Assembly: GCF_014396165.1 (NCBI RefSeq)
Contig: NZ_CP060715.1
Span: 1,140,001-1,172,000, forward strand
Reading direction: 5' to 3'
DNA from: Erysipelothrix inopinata
GTDB taxonomy: Bacteria > Bacillota_I > Bacilli_A > Erysipelotrichales > Erysipelotrichaceae
Length of the DNA stretch: 32,000 nucleotides
Shown here: positions 24,718 to 32,000 of the stretch, in pieces
Numbering within the stretch: the stretch's first letter is position 1
Layout: each line of letters opens with the position of its first letter
Translations under genes and position numbers: made by a program
The notes under the pieces: model-generated
The model's database searches: none
Seen by the model: only the letters and a program-made list of their open reading frames with translations
Told to the model about the DNA's origin: nothing

Positions 24718-26163
24718 ATGAAAAAGTATTTTATTAATATCTTGATGCTATCCTTGGTAGCATTCTTACCAATCAGTTCATACAGTATAAAAGCTGATGA
24801 ATTAGCTTTAGACGAAGTAGTATTGAAAATCGGTTTTCAACAAGTAAACGACTTGAAGACTGATATGATAGTTGATGTTACTCGTATCAATGAAAAAGAC
24901 CAAAGTAGCGAAGTTGTGCTTAGTGGGAAAACATTGCCAGCTAAGGACTTGAGAACTTCTAAATATACATTTACAAATGATGATTTTGCGTTGACTGAAG
25001 GAAAATATCGTGTTGATATCAGTTTTCCGGATCGTAATGAGGATGGAAATCTAAACTTAGCTAAATATTACGTTGATCAAACGAGCCTTCATAATTCATT
25101 CTATATTAGAAAAGATGCAACTACAGGAAAACTATATTCCGAAAACACTGAAATTAGATTTTATAACAATCCAATATTCTTTGGACTCAACGTATCAGGT
25201 CAAGTTTCAATTGATGATGCACCCGTTGAAGATATCGAAGGCATCGAGTTCACTATTGTGACACGAGGTTTATACAAAAAATTTGAAGAAGAAATCAAAG
25301 CTAATCCATCTATTGCAAAATCTTTATCGCTAAATTACACACGAATTTCTAAAAAAACAGGAAGTCATAATATCCAAGACATGATGTTCTCTGACAATCC
25401 ATACAATGAGTTTTATGTTGTTGTAACTGAACTTCCAGAAGGAATGACAGAAGATGACATGGGGTTAGATTTCAAACGAGTTCGTGAGCTAAACTTCAAT
25501 GATGTGGTTGATGCACCTAAAGGTAAGCGATTAGTAGCAAGGCAATCAATTCCTCACATTTATACACAAGAAGTTAATGTTAAAGTAGTGGATGAAAAAA
25601 CTAATCTACCAGTAGTTGCGAATTTAAGTGTTAGTGGGGGCGAATACTATCCGGTAAACAAAGCTGAAATCACAGATCAAATGAACTTAAGTTTATTTTC
25701 TGGGAAATATGATATTTCAGCAAATACATTAGATTATGAAGTTTCAAAAGTTGAATTTGATGGTGTTGAAACTGACAAAAATAATTTTGAACTCAAAAAT
25801 ACAGCACTTTCAACAGGACCTAAGGAAATTGTTATTTTCGTTAAGAATACTACAAAGGATCCTGAGGTTCCAGTTAAACCAGTAGATCCTGTAAACCCTG
25901 TTGATCCAGTTGACCCTGTAGATCCTGTAGACCCAATTGATCCAGTAGAGCCAGTCGAACCTGTAACTCCAATTGATCCAGTAATCCCGGAGAAATCAGA
26001 TGAGTCGGAATCCGTAGTGGTTCCAAGTGATACAAATACAAATCTAAACAAAGGACAATCGTTTTTACCAAACACAGGTGTCTCAAATATGATGATATAT
26101 GCTTCAATTACATTGATAGCAGTTGGAACAATATTATTGTTGAAAAAGAAAAAAAATAACTAA
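24718..26163 (+). CDS. LPXTG-anchored surface protein with a Pro-Val-x repeat stalk
   Basis: Signal peptide [26 protein letters not shown] (start at 24718, RBS AGGGGAG). A beta-rich ectodomain with no domain I recognise. A PVx stalk. The C-terminus is LPNTG plus a TM segment plus KKKKNN. Confidence 0.8.
   Translation: MKKYFINILMLSLVAFLPISSYSIKADELALDEVVLKIGFQQVNDLKTDMIVDVTRINEKDQSSEVVLSGKTLPAKDLRTSKYTFTNDDFALTEGKYRVDISFPDRNEDGNLNLAKYYVDQTSLHNSFYIRKDATTGKLYSENTEIRFYNNPIFFGLNVSGQVSIDDAPVEDIEGIEFTIVTRGLYKKFEEEIKANPSIAKSLSLNYTRISKKTGSHNIQDMMFSDNPYNEFYVVVTELPEGMTEDDMGLDFKRVRELNFNDVVDAPKGKRLVARQSIPHIYTQEVNVKVVDEKTNLPVVANLSVSGGEYYPVNKAEITDQMNLSLFSGKYDISANTLDYEVSKVEFDGVETDKNNFELKNTALSTGPKEIVIFVKNTTKDPEVPVKPVDPVNPVDPVDPVDPVDPIDPVEPVEPVTPIDPVIPEKSDESESVVVPSDTNTNLNKGQSFLPNTGVSNMMIYASITLIAVGTILLLKKKKNN
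25858..25992 (+). repeat. Imperfect 9-nt (3-codon) tandem repeat encoding (P-V/I-D/E/N/K/T)n
   Basis: [45 protein letters not shown]. About 14 units with mixed synonymous codons (gat/gac, cct/cca, gta/gtt/gtc). Confidence 0.85.
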
Positions 26164-26192
26164 TAATTTAATAATTATCCAATAGTAAACTA

Positions 26193-26226
26193 AAACAGCT
26201 TCCAAATGAGGAAGCTGTTTCCTTTT
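26193..26226. terminator. Bidirectional terminator
   Basis: Perfect stem aaacagcttcc (26193-26203) / ggaagctgttt (26210-26220) with T-rich sequence after it. It lies between convergent genes. Confidence 0.6.
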
Positions 26227-26440
26227 ATTCATTTTTAGAATATTGAACTATTGACAATCCAAAGATTATGAATGAGGTTAAATACAAATAGATTAATCTT
26301 CTAGCGATAATGCTTCGGAAAATCATTATCCTTCCGTATCCGTCGACTACAGAATAGGGTGAAGAGACTAAAAATCCGTGTATCAATATTAGTGGTAATA
26401 TCCCAATACTGGCAATAAGTATTTTATTTTCGTTTTTCAT
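26225..26440 (-). CDS. Small hypothetical membrane protein (71 aa, 2 predicted TM)
   Basis: ATG at 26440 preceded by GGAGG at 5-nt spacing. It has two hydrophobic helices (ILIASIGILPLILIHGFLV; LIYLYLTSFIIFGLSIV). I recognise no family. Confidence 0.4.
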   Translation of the reverse strand: MKNENKILIASIGILPLILIHGFLVSSPYSVVDGYGRIMIFRSIIARRLIYLYLTSFIIFGLSIVQYSKNE

Positions 26441-26659
26441 AATTCCTCCAACTGAGTTTAGTCTATACAATCTATGGTAAAAGATACCAGTATTAATCTA
26501 TAGGGTGATAATCTAAGTTTAAAAGGTCTTAAATATTGAGCAAAATAAAATCGGAAAAACTAAGTTCAAATCATACAAATATTTTATCTTACATTTATTC
26601 TCGCTATTCGGAAAATATATACTAGTAGTTAAATATCTCAATATTAAAAAAAAAATGAT

Positions 26660-26687
26660 TTGTAGTTAAAAAATGTAAAAGTATACT
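26660..26687 (+). promoter_or_regulatory. Candidate sigma-A promoter of the mannose-type PTS operon
   Basis: TTGTAG (26660-26665), 16-nt spacer, TATACT (26682-26687). RBS AGGAGGAG before the ATG at 26712. No -24/-12 (TGGCAC-N5-TTGCA) element was seen. Confidence 0.35.
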
Positions 26688-26711
26688 AGAGTCATCAGGA
26701 GGAGTTATAAC

Positions 26712-27512
26712 ATGTCATTAATAACCGCTTTATTACTTGCGTCATGGGCAGGATTTTGTTCCTATGATGATCAGGGCCCTCAACTATTTAGACGTCCACT
26801 ACTAGTTGGGCCAGTTGTAGGGATTATTTTGGGAGATTTAAATACCGCACTAATTGTTTCTGCAACACTTGAGCTAATGTGGATGGGACTTGGCAATATG
26901 GCTGGGTATCAAACACCGGATATGATTGTTGGAACAATAGTCGGGGTTACATTTGCAATAACAACTGGACAAGGTATTGCAGTAGGAATTGCTACAGCAT
27001 CAACAGTATCCTTACTGTGTCAACAACTCATACTACTACTCAATGTAGTGAAATCAATGTTTTTCAATACATGGGCAGATAGACTTGCAAAAACCGGTAA
27101 TTTTAATTCATTAATTCAAATTAATATTGCTGCAATCGTATTGTTCTTCTTATTTAGAGCAATCCCTGTATTCCTAATCATTTATTTTGGGAATGGAATC
27201 GTAGATCAATTATTACTTAAAGTCCCAACTGATGTTTTAAATGCCTTAAATACAGCATCAGCGATTTTACCTGCAATTGGTCTGTCAATTTTGATGACAA
27301 TAATTATGAAGAAAGGAATGTGGGCATTCTTGTTCTTAGGATTTATTCTGAATGCTAATTTAGAGTTAAGTATCTTGGGTGTTACATTAATTTCGTTATC
27401 AATTGCAACATTGTATATGTGGTTCATGGAATTAAGAGACCGCATGGATGAACAAAAAATGGTTGTGGTAAGTGAAGGCAACCAAGAGGTACAGGAGGAG
27501 TATGATCTATAA
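26712..27512 (+). CDS. PTS mannose/fructose/sorbose-family EIIC
   Basis: 266 aa polytopic protein. The N-terminus MSLITALLLASWAGFCSYDDQGPQLFRRPLLVGPVVGIILGD is typical of ManY/AgaC-type IIC. Confidence 0.85.
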   Translation: MSLITALLLASWAGFCSYDDQGPQLFRRPLLVGPVVGIILGDLNTALIVSATLELMWMGLGNMAGYQTPDMIVGTIVGVTFAITTGQGIAVGIATASTVSLLCQQLILLLNVVKSMFFNTWADRLAKTGNFNSLIQINIAAIVLFFLFRAIPVFLIIYFGNGIVDQLLLKVPTDVLNALNTASAILPAIGLSILMTIIMKKGMWAFLFLGFILNANLELSILGVTLISLSIATLYMWFMELRDRMDEQKMVVVSEGNQEVQEEYDL

Positions 27513-28342
27513 TGAGTAGCGAAGCAAGTACAAACAAAATTACTAAAAAGGATCTTGATAAAGTATATTGGAGATTACAAATTTTTGGAACAGGTATCAC
27601 TTATAATAGTACGACATCACAGGCAATAGGATTTGCAACAGCCATGACGCCAGTTCTAAAAAAACTATACGATGACCAACCCAAAGAGTTGCGTGTCAAG
27701 GCTATGGAGCGTCATTTGGAATATTTCTTATCACAGAGTACTGCAACGGGAATTATTCTAGGTATTTCTTCAGCTCTTGAAGAAACAAGTAGTGAGGAAG
27801 AGAAAGAAGCTGTTGTTGCAGTTAAGACTGGGATGATGGGACCGTTAGCAGGAATCGGCGATTCAGTTTTCAAACTAACAATCCAAGCTATTGCTGGTAG
27901 TATCGGTGCTGCTTACGCTATTAATGGTCAATTTATTGGTGTAATCCTAATGTTTGTAATTTACAATGGTATCAATATGGGTATTAAATATCTTGGCGTC
28001 CAAAAAGGATATAGTAAAGGAATGGAATACATCTCAAGTGGGCAACAAGCACGCGTTATGAAGAATATCATTAACTTTGCTACGATGGTTGGGGTTATTG
28101 TGATGGGAGCACTAATAAGTAATAGTGTTAAATTTAAACTTGGATATGAATTAATCGTTGGAGAGACAGTTGTAAACTTACAACAACTTGCAGATGGTGT
28201 GTTACCAAAATTATTTCCACTGCTCATAACAGTTCTTCTTTATCAACTCAATAAAAAATTACCACGTAAATATCTAGTATTCGTTATTTTGGGTATTCTA
28301 GTAGTAGGTACACTATTAGCACTTGGAGGTATTATTGTCTAA
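27512..28342 (+). CDS. PTS mannose-family EIID
   Basis: The N-terminal cytoplasmic KKDLDKVYWR...MTPVLKKLY...RHLEYF pattern is of ManZ type, and the C-terminus is multi-TM. TAATG start/stop overlap with IIC. Confidence 0.85.
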   Translation: MSSEASTNKITKKDLDKVYWRLQIFGTGITYNSTTSQAIGFATAMTPVLKKLYDDQPKELRVKAMERHLEYFLSQSTATGIILGISSALEETSSEEEKEAVVAVKTGMMGPLAGIGDSVFKLTIQAIAGSIGAAYAINGQFIGVILMFVIYNGINMGIKYLGVQKGYSKGMEYISSGQQARVMKNIINFATMVGVIVMGALISNSVKFKLGYELIVGETVVNLQQLADGVLPKLFPLLITVLLYQLNKKLPRKYLVFVILGILVVGTLLALGGIIV

Positions 28343-28782
28343 TGAAGAATATTGGTATTATTTTAGCAAGTCATGGTTTGTTTTCTAAGGAAGCCTTTGA
28401 AACGGTAGGAATGATCACTGGAAATAAACCAGAAAACTGTGAAGTAGTTTCAGTACTACCTGGAGAATCATATGATGATGCAATCTTAAAGATGAACAAT
28501 CAAATTTCAAAACTAAACAGAACTAAAGGTGTGTTAATTCTTACAGATATATATGGCGGTACTCCTGCAAATGTAGCCACACAAGTTGCGATTGAAGATG
28601 AATCAGTACTCGTTTATGCAGGATTTAATTTACCGATGCTTTTAGAAATTGTACTACAAGAGAGTGATTCCATTGAAGTATTGAAGAATAAGATTGACGA
28701 ATTTAAAGATAGAACAATTGTAGATGTAACAGAAATACTAAGGAGGGTTGAAGAAGATGGCAATCAAATGGATTCGTATTGA
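28342..28782 (+). CDS. PTS mannose-family EIIA
   Basis: IGIILASHGLFSKEAF carries the phospho-His in the (T/S)HG context. DIYGGTPAN is also present. TAATG overlap with IID. Confidence 0.8.
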   Translation: MKNIGIILASHGLFSKEAFETVGMITGNKPENCEVVSVLPGESYDDAILKMNNQISKLNRTKGVLILTDIYGGTPANVATQVAIEDESVLVYAGFNLPMLLEIVLQESDSIEVLKNKIDEFKDRTIVDVTEILRRVEEDGNQMDSY

Positions 28783-29244
28783 TGACCGATTAATTCATGG
28801 TCAAGTAGCAACATCATGGTTAAGACATATTAATGCAGAACAGGTAATTTGTATTTCAGATAAGGCAGCGGCAAATCCCGTTCAAGTAAAAGTATTACAA
28901 ATGGCAGCACCAGACCTAAAGGTACACGTCTTTGGAGTCGATAAGTTTATTAGTATCTTTAATGCGCAACCTATTAAACGTTCTACGTTTGTGATTGTTG
29001 AAAGCACTCTAGATGTGCTGCGATTACTTGAGGGGGCGTGACACTAGATTATGTTAACTTTGGCGGAATGAGAGCACGCGATAATCGTGTTCAATACTCG
29101 CCTGAGCTCTGCTTTTCAGACGAAGAGTACAGCGCACTTAAAGAACTATTAGAAAAAAATGTGAAAGTTGACTACCAAATCGCTGCGTACGATAGTCCAA
29201 CACCACTACTCCCAATTTTAGAAAAAGCTAAACAGAATATATAG
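28757..29244 (+). pseudogene. PTS mannose-family EIIB interrupted by a frameshift in a G5 run (ORFs 28748-29041 and 29038-29244)
   Basis: The N-part MAIKWIRIDDRLIHGQV (phospho-His motif) ends ..LRLLEGA-TGA at 29039-29041. The -1 frame continues VTLDYVNFGGMRA... One extra G in GGGGG (29032-29036) would give LLEGGVTLDYVNFGGM, colinear with E. coli ManX IIB (LVEGGVKITSVNVGGM). The restored product would be 162 aa, which is normal IIB size. RBS AGGAGG at 28741-28746. Confidence 0.75.
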
Positions 29245-29253
29245 GTGATTAAA

Positions 29254-30282
29254 ATGAATAAACAATTAGTTGAAAGTTTCCATTTAGATGATGATAAAAG
29301 TATTCTTTGTTTGAGTCAAGAAGTGGAAGAAGAATACAAGGTATTCTATTTAAATAGTAATAATCCTGAAGATATGGATCAACTAGTTGAAGTATCTCGG
29401 GAAATGAGACTAGTTTTTGATACAAATAAACAGGAATCTAAGCGTAGTTATTATGCTTGGCAAAATGGTGATGATTACCGCATTTTTGCTGATAGAATTT
29501 TAAAAGTTGACGGAATGTTTAACTTTAGAGATATTGGTGGGTATCCCGCAATGGATAATAAAACTGTACAATGGGGACGTTTGTATAGAGGAGATCATCT
29601 ATTTAATCTTGATGATTCAGGCCTTGAATTTGTAGAGGGCTTAAAAATTGATACAATCATTGATCTTAGAAGTGATGCAGAATTGCTTGAATATCCTAAT
29701 AAATCAATTGGTAAAGCCACACGAACGCTCCATTTAGATCCTAAAGCACATGCCGCTGAATTGTCAGCCGCATTAATGGACGGAAATAGTAAACCAACAA
29801 AAAATCAAAACTCTGAAACTTTAAAACGCTATCATGACGAAATGAGTAAGCAACAAATAACATTTGTAAATGATGAACACTGCAAAAAAGTATTTGGAAC
29901 AATGCTTCATGAAATAGCGAACAATCCAAAAGATAATTATTACATTCATTGCCGTGGAGGAAAAGACAGAACAGGATATGCATTGATGCTCATTGAAGGG
30001 CTTCTGGGAGTACCTGTTGAATATATGGTCTACGACTATATTTTGACTAATACGGCTCGTAAGAATAAGAATATTGCTTATTGGAATAAGTTTTATGGAA
30101 TTACTAAAGACATTTCAACGGCTAATACACTCTATGGTATTTTTGCAGCTGTGGATGACTTTATCATTGCATCTATAAACGAAATTATGACCCACTATGG
30201 TGGATTTGAAAGCTATGTTCTGAACGAACTTGGATTAACATTCGAAGAAGTGACGAAAATTCGTAGTAATTTCTTAGAATAA
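29254..30282 (+). CDS. Cys-X5-Arg phosphatase (tyrosine-phosphatase-like, Y_phosphatase3-type)
   Basis: P-loop IHCRGGKDRTGYALML, with the upstream FNFRDIGGY..RLYRGD motif typical of this family. The start MNKQLV at 29254 has AGGTGA upstream. It is the last gene of the man-PTS operon. Confidence 0.75.
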   Translation: MNKQLVESFHLDDDKSILCLSQEVEEEYKVFYLNSNNPEDMDQLVEVSREMRLVFDTNKQESKRSYYAWQNGDDYRIFADRILKVDGMFNFRDIGGYPAMDNKTVQWGRLYRGDHLFNLDDSGLEFVEGLKIDTIIDLRSDAELLEYPNKSIGKATRTLHLDPKAHAAELSAALMDGNSKPTKNQNSETLKRYHDEMSKQQITFVNDEHCKKVFGTMLHEIANNPKDNYYIHCRGGKDRTGYALMLIEGLLGVPVEYMVYDYILTNTARKNKNIAYWNKFYGITKDISTANTLYGIFAAVDDFIIASINEIMTHYGGFESYVLNELGLTFEEVTKIRSNFLE

Positions 30283-30287
30283 TATTT

Positions 30288-30316
30288 AAGCTCTACGAAG
30301 AAACGTAGGGCTTTTA
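30288..30316 (+). terminator. Candidate terminator after the PTS/phosphatase operon
   Basis: Stem aagctctacg (30288-30297) / cgtagggctt (30304-30313) with one G-U pair, followed by a short T-run. Confidence 0.45.
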
Positions 30317-30374
30317 AAATGAAATTTGTAAATATACTTGTATGATATACTATTAAAAAAGAGGAGGTGTGAGG

Positions 30375-32000
30375 ATGTTAGAAATCAATGAACGGAATGT
30401 CAATTTACTTTCTTGTGTTCTTAAAGATGAAGAAGTAAGCTTAAAGCAACTTGAAGAAAAATTAGATTTATCGTCTAAAACAATTCAAAAAGAAATAAAC
30501 AATATTAATCATTATTTTCATTCCATTCATCGTGCGATAACAATTAATAATCAATCAAATATCATTTCAATTACATATGAAGGAGAAATAGGTTGCTCAC
30601 AAAAACAACAACTTCGAAATGAAATTAATACTCTTAGTGACATTCCTCACCTTCAAAAAGTGAATACGAGAATTCTGGATATGATTTGGTATCTGCTACG
30701 AGACGAAGGTTATGTACGGTCTGAAAACTTGATCGAACAGTTTGCAATCTCGAACTCGACATTAACTGCCTCTTTACGGCAAATTAGGCAAATATTTGTG
30801 AAGTATGATCTTTACATTGACTCAACACCTTATTATGGAATGCAAGTGAGAGGACCGAAAATATCTAGAATTGCTTGTTTATTAGATTATTGTGATTTAT
30901 ATTCTGAACAAGATAATCTCTTCTTTGAATCTATGACTAAAAAGTATTTTGAACAAAGTGTCCACCAAGTCAGCAATAAGCATCGTATAGTTCATGCTAT
31001 GAATAAAGAATTGCATCTTAATCTCAATGAAGATGGATTTCAAATGATTAATCGTGTTATTCCAATAATTGAATTTTTAAAAGATGTCGAAGATGACTCT
31101 TTTGAATGCAATTGGATTAATCCAATTTATCATGATGAAGTGATTCGTTTCATTCATGAAAATGAAAGTCTGGAGACAATTATAAGTACTGAGCAAGAAG
31201 TTTTGTATCTACTTATTTTTATCCTTATGTATCATGATATAAGTCTTGGAAAAGAAAAACTTATTACAGAAAAGTTTTCTACAGATTGCCATGTCATCTT
31301 GAAGTATTTAGATAAACAAGTATATGATCAAACAGGTGTTTCATTAATTGGAAACCAGCAAATTGAAGATATTGTTATTTCAACAATTATTAGGATTACA
31401 ATGAATACACGTTATCAAATTAAAAGATACCATGCATCAAATCAAGCACTAGATATGATACAGTCCTTTCCAGGATCGAAAGCATTGGCTCTATCAATAA
31501 TATATCAACTCTATCCTAATTCAGGAGATTCAATCATTTCCGATCTAATTTTTGCACTCTATAACGTTATATTAAAGGTCCCAAATCATTATGAAAAAAC
31601 ATCTGCATTGTTAATTAATAGATTTAACAATCTCGCTGTGAATTCAGTAATAGAAAAGCTTGCTTTGGATAAGTATAACGTAAGTTACACAATTATTTCC
31701 CCATCAGAAATATTTACACAAGACTTAAAGCAGTTTGACTATATCTTTAATATAGGAGATCAGCTTGTAACTTTAGGAGCTGAACAAGACAAAGTATTTG
31801 AAATTCCATATCTGGTTGAAGCAGAGTCGAAGAAAAAGGTATGGGAGCAATTAGCTATCAAACAAAGAAGTCAACAATTTTTAGAAGATAGATATCAAGT
31901 TGCTTGTATTGAAAAAGTAAAAGAATTGAAGAATAATGTGCTTTCAAAAATACTATTTGAATCACTAATGGATCTTAATTTATATACGGAACTTGACTAC
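30375..32000 (+). CDS. HTH/PRD-type transcriptional regulator (Mga/MtlR-like architecture), 3'-partial; absent from the supplied ORF track
   Basis: My manual translation from the ATG at 30375 (RBS GAGGAGG at 30361-30367) gives 542 codons with no stop through nt 32000: MLEINERNVNLLSCVLKDEEVSLKQLEEKLDLSSKTIQKEINNIN... It shows two HTH-like segments (the second is RILDMIWYLLRDEGYVRSENLIEQFAISNSTLTASLRQIRQIF). Helical PRD-sized regions and an EIIB-like segment (TSALLINRFNNLAVNSVIEKL) follow. Confidence 0.6.
   Translation, partial: MLEINERNVNLLSCVLKDEEVSLKQLEEKLDLSSKTIQKEINNINHYFHSIHRAITINNQSNIISITYEGEIGCSQKQQLRNEINTLSDIPHLQKVNTRILDMIWYLLRDEGYVRSENLIEQFAISNSTLTASLRQIRQIFVKYDLYIDSTPYYGMQVRGPKISRIACLLDYCDLYSEQDNLFFESMTKKYFEQSVHQVSNKHRIVHAMNKELHLNLNEDGFQMINRVIPIIEFLKDVEDDSFECNWINPIYHDEVIRFIHENESLETIISTEQEVLYLLIFILMYHDISLGKEKLITEKFSTDCHVILKYLDKQVYDQTGVSLIGNQQIEDIVISTIIRITMNTRYQIKRYHASNQALDMIQSFPGSKALALSIIYQLYPNSGDSIISDLIFALYNVILKVPNHYEKTSALLINRFNNLAVNSVIEKLALDKYNVSYTIISPSEIFTQDLKQFDYIFNIGDQLVTLGAEQDKVFEIPYLVEAESKKKVWEQLAIKQRSQQFLEDRYQVACIEKVKELKNNVLSKILFESLMDLNLYTELDY

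Noticed and set aside
25734-26107. Two antisense ORFs (25734-26075 and 25874-26107) with striking GSTGSTGS and LQDLQGQL repeats.
   Set aside because: They are the reverse-complement reading of the 9-nt Pro-Val-x repeat in the LPXTG gene, so the periodicity is a mirror artefact rather than a separate gene. The same repeat was considered and rejected as a CRISPR array: the units are 9 nt, contiguous, without spacers, and in frame within a CDS.
26471-26711. A sigma-54 (-24/-12) promoter or LevR-type control upstream of the mannose-family PTS operon.
   Set aside because: No TGGCAC-N5-TTGCA-like element was found in the 241-bp region. The adjacent regulator shows no sigma-54 AAA+ activator motifs in the part visible. 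A sigma-A-like promoter is present instead.
1-32000. A search by eye for tRNA/rRNA genes, CRISPR arrays, IS elements, integrases or recombinases, phage genes, restriction-modification genes and other canonical defence genes.
   Set aside because: Nothing was found. All large ORFs have other assignments, intergenic gaps are 422 bp or shorter, and I saw no cloverleaf-like or spacer-repeat structure. Without covariance-model tools, small ncRNAs cannot be excluded.

Overview
This is an AT-rich chromosomal segment of low-GC Gram-positive (Bacillota) type, judged from LPXTG sortase substrates, PTS/PRD regulators, AGGAGG ribosome-binding sites and hairpin plus T-run terminators. I cannot assign a species. 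I support about 30 protein-coding genes. I see no rRNA, tRNA, CRISPR array, transposase, integrase or phage genes.

Gene content from left to right:
- (1) A lactococcin-972-type bacteriocin immunity/export module: two paralogous DUF1430 membrane proteins flank an ABC ATPase, and no bacteriocin gene is visible.
- (2) An orphan small acidic ORF.
- (3) An operon of Fe-alcohol dehydrogenase, Cof-type HAD phosphatase, ribulose-phosphate-epimerase-like protein and YitT-like membrane protein.
- (4) A PRD-type regulator transcribed divergently from an operon of M20 dipeptidase, glucose-family PTS EIICB, UPF0303 protein and EIIA-Glc.
- (5) A tRNA-dihydrouridine synthase.
- (6) A DprA/SLOG-like hypothetical protein and a GrpB protein.
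- (7) A large LPXTG surface protein built as a tandem [DUF1460-MucBP]x2.
- (8) A rhodanese / CoA-disulfide(persulfide) reductase-rhodanese / rhodanese operon, preceded by a CsoR/CstR-like palindrome.
- (9) A VanZ-like protein.
- (10) An IclR regulator divergent from an orphan EIIC-like transporter plus a D-2-hydroxyacid dehydrogenase.
- (11) A second LPXTG protein with a Pro-Val-x repeat stalk.
- (12) A mannose-family PTS operon in the order IIC-IID-IIA-IIB, followed by a Cys-X5-Arg phosphatase.
- (13) A second HTH/PRD-like regulator that runs off the right edge and is missing from the ORF track.

The most notable sequence-level observations are two independent lesions in PTS phosphorelay components. 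The mannose-type IIB gene is split by a 1-nt deficit in a G5 run. The EIIA-Glc has Asp where the phospho-accepting His should be.

I found no canonical defence system. The best candidates for something uncharacterised are the PTS-peptidase-UPF0303 operon, the SLOG-like/GrpB pair and the orphan bacteriocin-immunity module. All three are inferences that need database and structural checks.
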